A stretch of DNA of 64,000 nucleotides from a virus. Below, in pieces: positions 22,927 through 30,857 of the stretch; position 1 is the first letter of the stretch, and each line of letters opens with the position of its first letter. Made by a program: the position numbers and the translations under genes. Below the pieces are notes generated by a model. The model had not been told where the DNA came from. It did no database searches and was given only the letters and a program-made list of their open reading frames with translations. The stretch lies in IMG/VR virus record IMGVR_UViG_3300050821_004478; one strand, written 5' to 3'.

Positions 22927-24966
22927 ATGGGATTTAAACAGATTGCCGAACCGCTAGCAAAGTTGGGCGTGCCAGTCACACCCGTGCGCCCCGGCACGAA
23001 GCGCGCCTTCCTACCAGATTTCCCCACCACAGCAACTACCAGCCTCGACCAGATCACCGCGTGGGACGCTCAATTTCCCGACAGCAACGTGGCCTGCGTG
23101 GCCCGCGCAGAAGTTAGCGGCGTCTGGTTTTTTGAAACAGATTCTAAGGACGTTCTGCCCCGCATACTGCGCGATACCGGCCAGCAGATGCCTGCGACAT
23201 TCATGGTGCGCTCTCGCCCCGGACGCGGTCACTTCTATTTTCGCCATACCGCTGTCTCTCTTGAGATGGGCAATATTAGCCAGACTTACGTCGTCGGCCA
23301 AGACTGGTCCGTTCGCACGAATCGCGAGTATGTTGTCGGCCCCGGCAGCATCCATCCAGATACTGGCCAGCCTTACACGGCGCTAAATTGGGCTACGCCA
23401 ATCGCGGAGGCACCGGACTGGCTCGTCCAGTGGCTGATGTCACAGAAGATTCAGAAGCAAACCGCCGCGCCAGACGACGCGCCCCGCAATGAGCGCGGTA
23501 AGGTTCCTCACGGCAGCATCCACGGTTTCATGTTGTCGCAGGCTGGCAGGATGCGCAACGCAGGTCTCACGCACGAGGAGATCGAGGTCGCGCTGCTGCG
23601 CATTGTTCACGAGCAATGCGAAGAACCGATTGACGATTCGAAAGTTATTCTGATGTCGAGGTCTATTTGCAACTTCCCGGTGGGCGAAGAAACGGCTATC
23701 ATCTTGAATCAGATACCAACAGTCGTCCCGATGGAGTCAGCGGAGCCGCTGAATTTTGAGCCGATTGAATACCCGTTGTTTCCCCGCCACGTCATGTTTG
23801 GCACGTCTATCTATGAAGGATTCGTGAAGCCGTACTGCGAGAGCAATTCTCGGGTTGACTACTTCATGTTTCTCCCAACCGCCGCGATGATGATGAACTA
23901 CCTCGGTACCAAGGTCTCTGTGCCGTACGTATCGTGGAAGCCCAGCTTTTACATGGTGCTGATCGGAAAGAAAGGCCGCTCGAATAAGTCATCTTCGATC
24001 AGGGACGCGATGCGGTTTTTAGAATTCGCCAGTGTGCTCTCAATGTATTCGAGGAATATTAAGAATGCCGACGGGAAGTCGCTCGTGTGGGAAGCAGGCT
24101 CGCCGGAAGGGTTGGGCACCGACATGATGCGTACCAACTGCAAGAATCCGATCTTGGTTTACGACGAGCTATCTGCTTTGGTAGGCAAGGCCCGCATCGA
24201 GGGCAGCGGGATGAATAGCGCGCTGCTAAAATTGTACGACTCGAATAGTTTTTCCAATTCGATTAAAACTAAGAAGGATACCTTCAACATAGACCCTGGT
24301 ACATACTGCGCGACGCTTGTCACCGCGACCACCGACCGCAAATTTGCGGAACTGTGGTCTCAACTCGCCGGGGAAGACACCGGATTGAATGATCGATTCA
24401 CTTGGATTCTGGAACCGAAGACGCTACCCACACTGAAGCTGGAGCATGCGGTAAACTACAACGAGGCCGCCCTGGCGACCCGCAAGGTGATCGATGCAGC
24501 CGTAACGAGAGGCAGCTACCAGTTCTTCGACAAGACCCCGCTGCAACGTATTTTGGAAGTTTACGGCAACCGCGCCGCCGCCCGCGCTGAGAAGTGGGCG
24601 CTGTACTTCGCGATTGACCTGGGACTCGATGGCGAAATAGACGAAGACTGCGTCGCACGCGGCATCGAGATGGTGAAATACGAGGAGTCCGTCAAGGACT
24701 ACCTCATGACCTTCGAGGCCAAGAACGACGAGTCCGCCATCCAGCAGGGCGTCGTGCGGCTGCTCAAGAAGAACGGCGGCACGATGGAGAAGCGCGACGT
24801 GGAGCGTGCGTTGAACGCCAACAAGTACGGGCTGTCGGTCTGGCGTAAAAGTTTCTACGCGCTGGTGCAAGAAGGCTTCATCATTATCGAGGGCAAGGGC
24901 TGCAAGGGCGACCCGTGTGTGGTTCGCATGACTCGTGACATGATGTTTGGCGGCGACAATGATTGA
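22927..24966 (+). CDS. Bifunctional primase-polymerase (AEP Prim-Pol) fused to P-loop helicase-like domain (679 aa)
   Basis: The N-terminus has 'VWFFETD', 'GRGHFYF' and 'GPGSIHPDTGQPY' (Prim-Pol motifs). The central 'LIGKKGRSNKSS' is a Walker A. Confidence 0.7.
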   Translation: MGFKQIAEPLAKLGVPVTPVRPGTKRAFLPDFPTTATTSLDQITAWDAQFPDSNVACVARAEVSGVWFFETDSKDVLPRILRDTGQQMPATFMVRSRPGRGHFYFRHTAVSLEMGNISQTYVVGQDWSVRTNREYVVGPGSIHPDTGQPYTALNWATPIAEAPDWLVQWLMSQKIQKQTAAPDDAPRNERGKVPHGSIHGFMLSQAGRMRNAGLTHEEIEVALLRIVHEQCEEPIDDSKVILMSRSICNFPVGEETAIILNQIPTVVPMESAEPLNFEPIEYPLFPRHVMFGTSIYEGFVKPYCESNSRVDYFMFLPTAAMMMNYLGTKVSVPYVSWKPSFYMVLIGKKGRSNKSSSIRDAMRFLEFASVLSMYSRNIKNADGKSLVWEAGSPEGLGTDMMRTNCKNPILVYDELSALVGKARIEGSGMNSALLKLYDSNSFSNSIKTKKDTFNIDPGTYCATLVTATTDRKFAELWSQLAGEDTGLNDRFTWILEPKTLPTLKLEHAVNYNEAALATRKVIDAAVTRGSYQFFDKTPLQRILEVYGNRAAARAEKWALYFAIDLGLDGEIDEDCVARGIEMVKYEESVKDYLMTFEAKNDESAIQQGVVRLLKKNGGTMEKRDVERALNANKYGLSVWRKSFYALVQEGFIIIEGKGCKGDPCVVRMTRDMMFGGDND

Positions 24967-26149
24967 AGTCTTGATCGACTTTGAATCGCGCAGCACCTTC
25001 TCTCCTTCCGACCGGGGACTGTATAACTACATCTTCTCGCTGGATACAGAACCTTTATTTTTGTGGTACCGAATCGGCACGGGCGACTATAAATGCTGGC
25101 GTATCTGGGAAGGCGAGAAGATACATGATGAATTATGGCAGGCAGCGAATCATCCGGACGCATATTTCGTAGCCTTCAATTCTTGCTTTGAACGTTATAT
25201 GTTTCAGAAGCTGCATCATGAAATCCCGGCCAGCCGTTTCATCGACCCCCAAGTCGGTGGTCGCTATCTCTCGCTCCCGGCCAGCCTGGAGGTGCAGTGC
25301 GAAGTCCTAGGCGTGCCAACGCACTTGGCAAAGGATGCACGCGGAGACGCGCTGATTAAACTGTTCTGCGACAAGGTCATCGTGACGGCAACGAAGAAGA
25401 GGGAAGGCCGCGAATACTACAACGATTGGAATTCGCATCCTAAAGAATGGGCAGAGTTTCTCGAATATGGACGGCAGGACTTGATCGCGGAAGGTGAGCT
25501 ACTCAGACGCATGCGAATCTTGAAGGCGCTGCCGCTGCCTGAATTTGAACAGAAGCTGTGGCTCTTCGATCAGACGGTGAATGATCGCGGGATGCCGGTG
25601 GACGTGGAATTCGTTCGTAAGATGTATGCGCTGGCCATTCGCGCGAAGGAAGAGGCCAAGTTGAACTTCGAAAAGATGACCGGCGTAACGAATGCGAATT
25701 CACCCACCCAGGTTAAGGCGTGGGCCAAGACGCAGGGCTATCCGTATGGCACCATCCGTAAGGATACGGTCACATCGGTCTTGAAGGACCCGGACATCAA
25801 GTTGACAGACGCGTGCCGCGCCGCGCTAAAGATGCGCGCGGAAGCGGCCAGCACGAGCTATCAAAAGCTGGGCAAGATATTGGAATCAGTTTCACCTGAT
25901 GGGAGGTTACGTGGGCAGTTTATTTTCCTCGGCAGCCCTCGCTGTGGTAGATGGTCTGGTACGGCTGTACAACTTCATAATTTGGCACGTCCACTGGTTG
26001 TGGGAGGCCACGATTTCGAAGATCAGAAGGTAGTTCAAGATGCTCGCGCAATGGTATACGCGGAAGATTACGAAGGCATTAAAGCAAAGTATCTGAGCGT
26101 CTTGCTGGTGGTGAAGTCGTTAATCCGTACGGTGTTCGTCACATCATGA
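24959..26149 (+). CDS. Family A DNA polymerase, N-terminal part (3'-5' exo + thumb, ends just before motif A)
   Basis: 'IDFESRS' and 'AFNSCFERYMF' are exo motifs. 'GRLRGQFIFLGSPRCGRWSGTAVQLHNLARP' is the PolA 'TGRxS...NxQNxP' block. Ends '...SLIRTVFVTS' at a TGA. Confidence 0.75.
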   Translation: MIEVLIDFESRSTFSPSDRGLYNYIFSLDTEPLFLWYRIGTGDYKCWRIWEGEKIHDELWQAANHPDAYFVAFNSCFERYMFQKLHHEIPASRFIDPQVGGRYLSLPASLEVQCEVLGVPTHLAKDARGDALIKLFCDKVIVTATKKREGREYYNDWNSHPKEWAEFLEYGRQDLIAEGELLRRMRILKALPLPEFEQKLWLFDQTVNDRGMPVDVEFVRKMYALAIRAKEEAKLNFEKMTGVTNANSPTQVKAWAKTQGYPYGTIRKDTVTSVLKDPDIKLTDACRAALKMRAEAASTSYQKLGKILESVSPDGRLRGQFIFLGSPRCGRWSGTAVQLHNLARPLVVGGHDFEDQKVVQDARAMVYAEDYEGIKAKYLSVLLVVKSLIRTVFVTS

Positions 26150-26158
26150 GGAGGCTTT

Positions 26159-26365
26159 ATGACATTCACAGGATTCGATGAAAAAGACGGAGAGCCTTTG
26201 TACGATACGAAGGAAGCCGCCATTGAAAGAGCTAGACAGATGATAGCCTGGAGCGGCGAACCCGACACGCAAATATGGGTTCACCGCAAAGGCTTTCCTC
26301 TGTGGCTCGCGCACCTGATTTGCGAAACGCCGCTTCGACGGCTGGCGTACACGAGGCTAAAGTGA
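26159..26365 (+). CDS. Intervening small ORF inside the split polymerase (68 aa)
   Basis: GAGGAGG SD 4 nt upstream. Same frame as the N-terminal pol part, separated from it by TGA plus 3 codons. Stop overlaps GTG 26362 (GTGA). Confidence 0.5.
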   Translation: MTFTGFDEKDGEPLYDTKEAAIERARQMIAWSGEPDTQIWVHRKGFPLWLAHLICETPLRRLAYTRLK

Positions 26366-27504
26366 GCACTCGCTTCAATGTCTGCGACTTGAACGGTATT
26401 GAGACTCGCGTCTCCGCGTGGCTCTCGGGCTGCACCGACTTGATGAATGTATTCGTCCCTTACACAGATCAGTTTGGAGTATATTGGCGGAACGGTCGGG
26501 ACCCATACATCGCCTTCGCGGCGAAGATGTTTGGCATGAGTTACGATCACCTTTGGGCCGACTACACGGGAAGGAACGGCAAGGAACGCAAGCTGGCTGC
26601 GAAGCGCATGCGCCAATTGGCGAAGCCGGGAGTGCTGGCCGCCGTCTACCGTCAATCGGGCGGCGGATGGGGCAAAAGTCCAAACGCGTACAAGGACCAC
26701 GGCGACCTTTGCAATGCCGACGATACATACGTCCAGCAGAATGGGAAGGTCAAGAAGATAGGCAAGAAGTACTGCTACTGCGAAGAGGTCCGCGACCGCG
26801 TCAAGACCGGGCTTTGGGGTTACGCGGATAATATGGGTGTGGAGATGTCGCAGGAACAGGCGGCGGAAGTTGTGCGTATCTTCCGAGACTCTTATCCAGA
26901 AATATGTGACCCTAAAACTGGAATCTGGAAACAATTCGAGGTCGCGGTCGCAGACGTGATGCACCCAGACCACCCGGCCACCTCCCGCCGTCTAGGTCCA
27001 GGCGGCTGCGTGGTAATTGACCGTGTCAACTTCATCGACGCAGCGGGCAACAAGGAACGGGAGCCGATGATGAGGATGCGGCTGCCCAGCGGGCGGTACC
27101 TCCACTACTTGGATGCGCGCCTGGAACTGACGATGATGCCGTGGAAGACACAGGACGACGAGGGCAGCGAGATCGACGTCTACCGCGACTCGCTCATTTA
27201 CGCGGGCATGAACCAGAAGACCAAGCAGTGGTGCAACAGCATATCCACCCACGGCGGGCACACATTTCAGAACGCAGTACAAGGAATCGCGCGCGACGTC
27301 TTGGCGGTGAAGCTGCTCGAATTCGAGGCCGCAGAGATGCCAGTCATCGGCCACGTTCACGACGAGGGAATCTGCCAAGTCGAAGACGATTTACTCAGCC
27401 CGACGTATCACGACATGGTCGAGATCATGAGTAAGGAAGTTGAGTGGGCACCCGGCCTCTTGTTGGGCGCGGACGGTTTTCAAGGAACGTATTATCACAA
27501 GTGA
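26362..27504 (+). CDS. Family A DNA polymerase, C-terminal part (motifs A, B, C); alternative start ATG 26275
   Basis: 'FNVCDLNGIETRV' is motif A, 'RQLAKPGVLAAVYRQSGGG' is motif B and 'IGHVHDEGI' is motif C. The GTG has a GAGG SD and is coupled to the upstream ORF. Confidence 0.75.
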   Translation: MSTRFNVCDLNGIETRVSAWLSGCTDLMNVFVPYTDQFGVYWRNGRDPYIAFAAKMFGMSYDHLWADYTGRNGKERKLAAKRMRQLAKPGVLAAVYRQSGGGWGKSPNAYKDHGDLCNADDTYVQQNGKVKKIGKKYCYCEEVRDRVKTGLWGYADNMGVEMSQEQAAEVVRIFRDSYPEICDPKTGIWKQFEVAVADVMHPDHPATSRRLGPGGCVVIDRVNFIDAAGNKEREPMMRMRLPSGRYLHYLDARLELTMMPWKTQDDEGSEIDVYRDSLIYAGMNQKTKQWCNSISTHGGHTFQNAVQGIARDVLAVKLLEFEAAEMPVIGHVHDEGICQVEDDLLSPTYHDMVEIMSKEVEWAPGLLLGADGFQGTYYHK

Positions 27505-27511
27505 GGTAAAT

Positions 27512-27724
27512 ATGGACGACAAAGAATTGCAATGGACGCCGTGGGCAGCTAGCCCGTTTCGTCGGATACCTATGGAATCGAAGAAGCCGACAATGATTTC
27601 AGCAGAGGAAATTTTGGAGGGATACAATGATCGCACAAGACAGTGCAAAGTTTTGGTTCCCAAAGTTGGAGTCGCACCCGTGGCAGTGGATGAGGGATTG
27701 GCTACCGAAGACAGTTCTAGTTGA
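27512..27724 (+). CDS. Hypothetical ORF (70 aa) overlapping the next gene by 98 nt
   Basis: GAGG SD. The C-terminal third overlaps 27627..28361 in another frame. Confidence 0.3.
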   Translation: MDDKELQWTPWAASPFRRIPMESKKPTMISAEEILEGYNDRTRQCKVLVPKVGVAPVAVDEGLATEDSSS

Positions 27725-28361
27725 CTATGACGAAGAGCTACTAGCGCCTGCGCTACTCGGCCAGCGCAGCAAGGAGTATGATCGGCTGTACTACGCTGTG
27801 GGAGCAGCCATTTACAATATCGGCGTTCCCTGCTTCATCCGCACTGATCTCACCAGTGCGAAGCACGCGGGTAAGGACGCCTACATCATCAACGACGAGG
27901 ATGATTGGAATCACGCGCTGCTCACTACGTTGTCTTGCGCGCAATTGAAGAGCTACCATTCGAAGGTGAAGTCAAGCGCCATTATGGTGCGCCAACTCAT
28001 AAACGTGAAGCACGAGCGCACCGCATTCAACGGGCTGCCTATCGGCAACGAGTGGCGCGTCTTCGCGGACCAGCGGGGACACCAGTGCTTTCACCACTAC
28101 TGGCCGGACGAGGCGCTGAAAGATAAAATGGATGACGGAGGTCCCGTGCCCCTAAATCTTTGGACGCGCGAATGGATGCGCACCGACTTACAAGACGCTG
28201 CGAAAGAGGCTGCGAAGGCGATGGGACAACTCAAGTGGAGCGTAGACTTCGTGGAGGATGTCGATGGCAAGTTTTGGTTGATCGACATGGCGACCGCGAT
28301 GAACAGTTACCATGACCCAAGGTGTAAATTTTCAGGACTTGACAACATGGAGAGAATATGA
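27627..28361 (+). CDS. Hypothetical protein (244 aa), possible ATP-grasp-like fold
   Basis: GGAGGG SD. 'WSVDFVEDVDGKFWLIDMA' resembles the C-terminal strand pattern of ATP-grasp enzymes. This is weak evidence. Confidence 0.3.
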   Translation: MIAQDSAKFWFPKLESHPWQWMRDWLPKTVLVDYDEELLAPALLGQRSKEYDRLYYAVGAAIYNIGVPCFIRTDLTSAKHAGKDAYIINDEDDWNHALLTTLSCAQLKSYHSKVKSSAIMVRQLINVKHERTAFNGLPIGNEWRVFADQRGHQCFHHYWPDEALKDKMDDGGPVPLNLWTREWMRTDLQDAAKEAAKAMGQLKWSVDFVEDVDGKFWLIDMATAMNSYHDPRCKFSGLDNMERI

Positions 28362-28367
28362 TACGCT
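28339..28367 (+). promoter_or_regulatory. Promoter TTGACA-17-TACGCT
   Basis: ttgaca acatggagagaatatga tacgct. The -10 ends 7 nt before ATG 28374, which has no SD. Confidence 0.5.
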
Positions 28368-28373
28368 TTCCAG

Positions 28374-28772
28374 ATGAGAAAACTACTCGCGGTTCTGACA
28401 GTTGCGGTGATGTTACCGATGTTGACGCTGCAAGCGCAGGCTCCGAAGACGAGTCCGAAACCAAAGTACAGCAAGTCTTGGACCGGAATGTCTTCGTGGT
28501 ACGGCGACGCTTGGGCGGGAAAGAAGACCGCCTGCGGTCAGAAATTCGACCCTGAAAAACTGACAGCGGCACACCCGTATCTGCCATGCGGGACGTGGCT
28601 CCGTATTACGAACGTACGCACCGGGCACAGCGAGTTTGCGGTGGTCACCGACCGGGGGCCGTACGAGGAGGGCCGGGAGATCGACGTCTCAGCCCGGGTG
28701 GCGCGGCGTATCGATATCAAAAAGTTTGGAGTAGAGAAGGTCAAGATCGAGATCGTTCGAGACGATAAATAG
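28374..28772 (+). CDS. RlpA-like DPBB lytic transglycosylase with signal peptide (132 aa)
   Basis: Signal 'MRKLLAVLTVAVMLPMLTLQAQA'. Motif 'GMSSWYGDAWAGKKTACGQKFDPEKLTAAHPYLPCGTWLRITN...VVTDRGP'. Confidence 0.8.
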   Translation: MRKLLAVLTVAVMLPMLTLQAQAPKTSPKPKYSKSWTGMSSWYGDAWAGKKTACGQKFDPEKLTAAHPYLPCGTWLRITNVRTGHSEFAVVTDRGPYEEGREIDVSARVARRIDIKKFGVEKVKIEIVRDDK

Positions 28773-28775
28773 CCC

Positions 28776-28804
28776 TTGACAAAGCATCAGAATTGTGCTA
28801 GTAT
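28776..28804 (+). promoter_or_regulatory. Promoter TTGACA-17-TAGTAT with TGn extension
   Basis: ttgaca aagcatcagaattgtgc tagtat. Confidence 0.7.
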
Positions 28805-28822
28805 TCTAAAAGAGGTGAAATC

Positions 28823-29503
28823 ATGAATCGACAAATTTTATCAAAATATGATAGTTCAAAAGTTCTTTATCAAGCGGAAGCAGAAAGTTTTGCTGCGCTA
28901 ATCTTAGCCGCTATTAAATCCGGCGCGAACCTGCGCGGCGCGAACCTGTCCGGCGCGAACCTGTCCGGCGCGGACCTGTCCGGCGCGGACCTGTCCGGCG
29001 CGGACCTGTCCGGCGCGGACCTGTACGGCGCGAACCTGCGCGGCGCGAACCTGTACGGCGCGAACCTGTACGGCGCGAACCTGCGCGGCGCGGACCTGCG
29101 CGGCGCGGACCTGTACGGCGCGGACCTGTCCGGCGCGGACCTGTACGGCGCGGACCTGTACGGCGCGAAAAATGCAGAATTGGTATGGGCACAAACATCC
29201 ATCGTTCCAGATCACGGCCCGCTTTTTGGATGGAAAATATGTGAAAATAATGTTCTTGTCCGGCTATTCATTCCTTCCAAGGCCCGTCGATCTAATGCGA
29301 CCGGGCGTAAGTGCCGTGCAGAGCGAGCAAAAGTGCTCGAAGTTATCGGCGCAGAAATTGGTATTTCTAAACATGACTCTACATTCACCTACAAAACAGG
29401 GCAGTGGGTACGAGCCGATAAATGGGATGAAAATCGCTGGGAAGAATGCTCTGGTGGAATTCACTTTTTTCTAACTCGTATTGAAGCGGAAAATTACAAA
29501 TAG
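28823..29503 (+). CDS. Pentapeptide-repeat protein with C-terminal GIHFF domain (226 aa)
   Basis: About 17 consecutive A(N/D)L(S/R/Y)G pentads. The C-terminal '...[18 protein letters not shown]' resembles the domain that follows pentapeptide repeats in some viral proteins. Confidence 0.8.
   Translation: MNRQILSKYDSSKVLYQAEAESFAALILAAIKSGANLRGANLSGANLSGADLSGADLSGADLSGADLYGANLRGANLYGANLYGANLRGADLRGADLYGADLSGADLYGADLYGAKNAELVWAQTSIVPDHGPLFGWKICENNVLVRLFIPSKARRSNATGRKCRAERAKVLEVIGAEIGISKHDSTFTYKTGQWVRADKWDENRWEECSGGIHFFLTRIEAENYK
28921..29168. repeat. Near-perfect 15-bp tandem repeat (~16.5 units) cggcgcg(a/g)acctg(tc/cg/ta)
   Basis: Seen directly in the sequence. It encodes the pentapeptide array and generates spurious antisense ORFs. 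Confidence 0.95.
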
Positions 29504-29510
29504 GAGATAT

Positions 29511-30857
29511 ATGAGCAAACAACAATTGGTTATCCAGCACGATCTTTCGAAGCTGACGCCGGAAGAAGTCGCGAAGTATCTGGCCGATGTCAGCGTATTC
29601 ATCGGGCTGGACCCAGGCTTGAACGGGCTGGACACGATATGGATGAAGAATGAGAACGGCCCCGGCCAGTCGCTGGTGGTTTACGCGCGCCGAGGCACCG
29701 CTGAGATTCTACGCAATATTCTACGCATCGAGGTGCAATCCCTTACGAATCAGATGATTAACGGTTCTATAGTCTTCACCGCCGCAGGTAGGAAGCCAGA
29801 CGATAACGGAGTGGTCGGTGGTCGCAACGAGATCGCGACAGGCTCAAAATATATTACCGGACTGGTAGGCAAGGCGCTCGACGACGCCATCATGACCGCG
29901 AGCACCCGCGCTTTGCGCCGCTTGACCATGCAGTTCACCTCTCTAGGCATCCTAGACGAGAGTGAAGTCCAATCGCTGGTAGGCGACACATCGAATCCCG
30001 CCGCAGGCGCAACGCTGGCGAACGGCCCGATGGTTATCCCGGCTCCGACCGCCACGCCCAACAACGCCCCCGGGCGAGTGATAGAAATGACAACTATCGA
30101 TCACGCCACCGGCACGGTAACCCATGAGGCCCCCGCGCCTTCGGGCGAGTGGGCAGATTTCGCAACAACCCAAAAGGCCATTCACGCGGCTGCAGCCGCC
30201 TTTCTCAAGGCGAGGGACCCGGAAGCGGACATTAAACCGGACATTCAACAGCCCCCGGTCCCCATAACTCCTGCAGTTGCAGCACTTACGGCTAATCCGG
30301 AATCGGCCAAAGAAGCGGCCAAGCCAAAGCGCGCCCGGAAGCAAAAGAACACGATCAGCATGGAGGTGGAACCGGAGACAGTTTTAACCCCGGCCCCGGC
30401 ATTCGCCTCGGCAGCAATTCTCAGTGGCCTCGGCCTTTCGCGTACCGCGCCCCCCGCCGCGCCAACGCAAGCGGTTGCTGCTGTGCCGCCACAAGTACTT
30501 GATGTCGCGCCTCTGTGCTCCCCAGCGCCAGCACCGCCCCCACCTGTACCCGTTGCGGGTACGAGCGTATCCAATCAGGGTACAGGGGACCCTGGCTTCA
30601 TAGGCAAGCCGACCGACACCCAGATGGCCGACTACCGTAAGCGTGTCTCGGTCTACACCTCCGAATTGCCCAGCAGCGAGAATATGGGCAGCGTGCAGAA
30701 GATGCGTGCCTTCATCACTAAGAACACCGGCACCGCGCCGCAGTACATGACAACCGACCAGTGGGAAGAGATGCTGGGGTGGTTCGAAAGTTTCGTTACT
30801 AAGAATACAACGAAAGGTTTGGTCAAGTACATCAACGATTCACTCGGAGTCAAGTGA
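29511..30857 (+). CDS. RecT/Red-beta-like single-strand annealing protein with long Pro/Ala-rich linker (448 aa)
   Basis: AGGAG SD. 'FIGLDPGLNGLDTIW' and 'DAIMTASTRALRRLTMQFTSLGILDESEV' parallel lambda Bet 'QYGLNPWTKEIY' and 'RMLRHKAMIQCARLAFGFAGIYDKDEAE'. Confidence 0.45.
   Translation: MSKQQLVIQHDLSKLTPEEVAKYLADVSVFIGLDPGLNGLDTIWMKNENGPGQSLVVYARRGTAEILRNILRIEVQSLTNQMINGSIVFTAAGRKPDDNGVVGGRNEIATGSKYITGLVGKALDDAIMTASTRALRRLTMQFTSLGILDESEVQSLVGDTSNPAAGATLANGPMVIPAPTATPNNAPGRVIEMTTIDHATGTVTHEAPAPSGEWADFATTQKAIHAAAAAFLKARDPEADIKPDIQQPPVPITPAVAALTANPESAKEAAKPKRARKQKNTISMEVEPETVLTPAPAFASAAILSGLGLSRTAPPAAPTQAVAAVPPQVLDVAPLCSPAPAPPPPVPVAGTSVSNQGTGDPGFIGKPTDTQMADYRKRVSVYTSELPSSENMGSVQKMRAFITKNTGTAPQYMTTDQWEEMLGWFESFVTKNTTKGLVKYINDSLGVK

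Noticed and set aside
24424-24996. 190-aa minus-strand ORF
   Set aside because: It is antisense to the Prim-Pol/helicase gene and is a shadow ORF.
26147-26149. TGA read-through or alternative genetic code joining the polymerase N-terminal part to the 68-aa ORF
   Set aside because: TGA is used as a functional stop in dozens of ATGA/GTGA coupled junctions across the window. Read-through would still not restore the frame of the C-terminal polymerase part.
26281-26973. 230-aa minus-strand ORF and other ORFs overlapping the polymerase C-terminal part
   Set aside because: The plus-strand frame carries unambiguous PolA motifs A, B and C. These ORFs are antisense or off-frame artefacts of GC-rich coding DNA.
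28921-29168. Possible CRISPR array
   Set aside because: The repeat unit is only 15 bp with no intervening spacers, and it lies in frame within a protein-coding gene.
28870-29215. Three antisense ORFs (94-110 aa) made of RTGP/RSAP/VQVRA repeats
   Set aside because: They are reverse-frame readings of the 15-bp tandem repeat that encodes the pentapeptide array on the plus strand. They have no SD and a purely repetitive composition.
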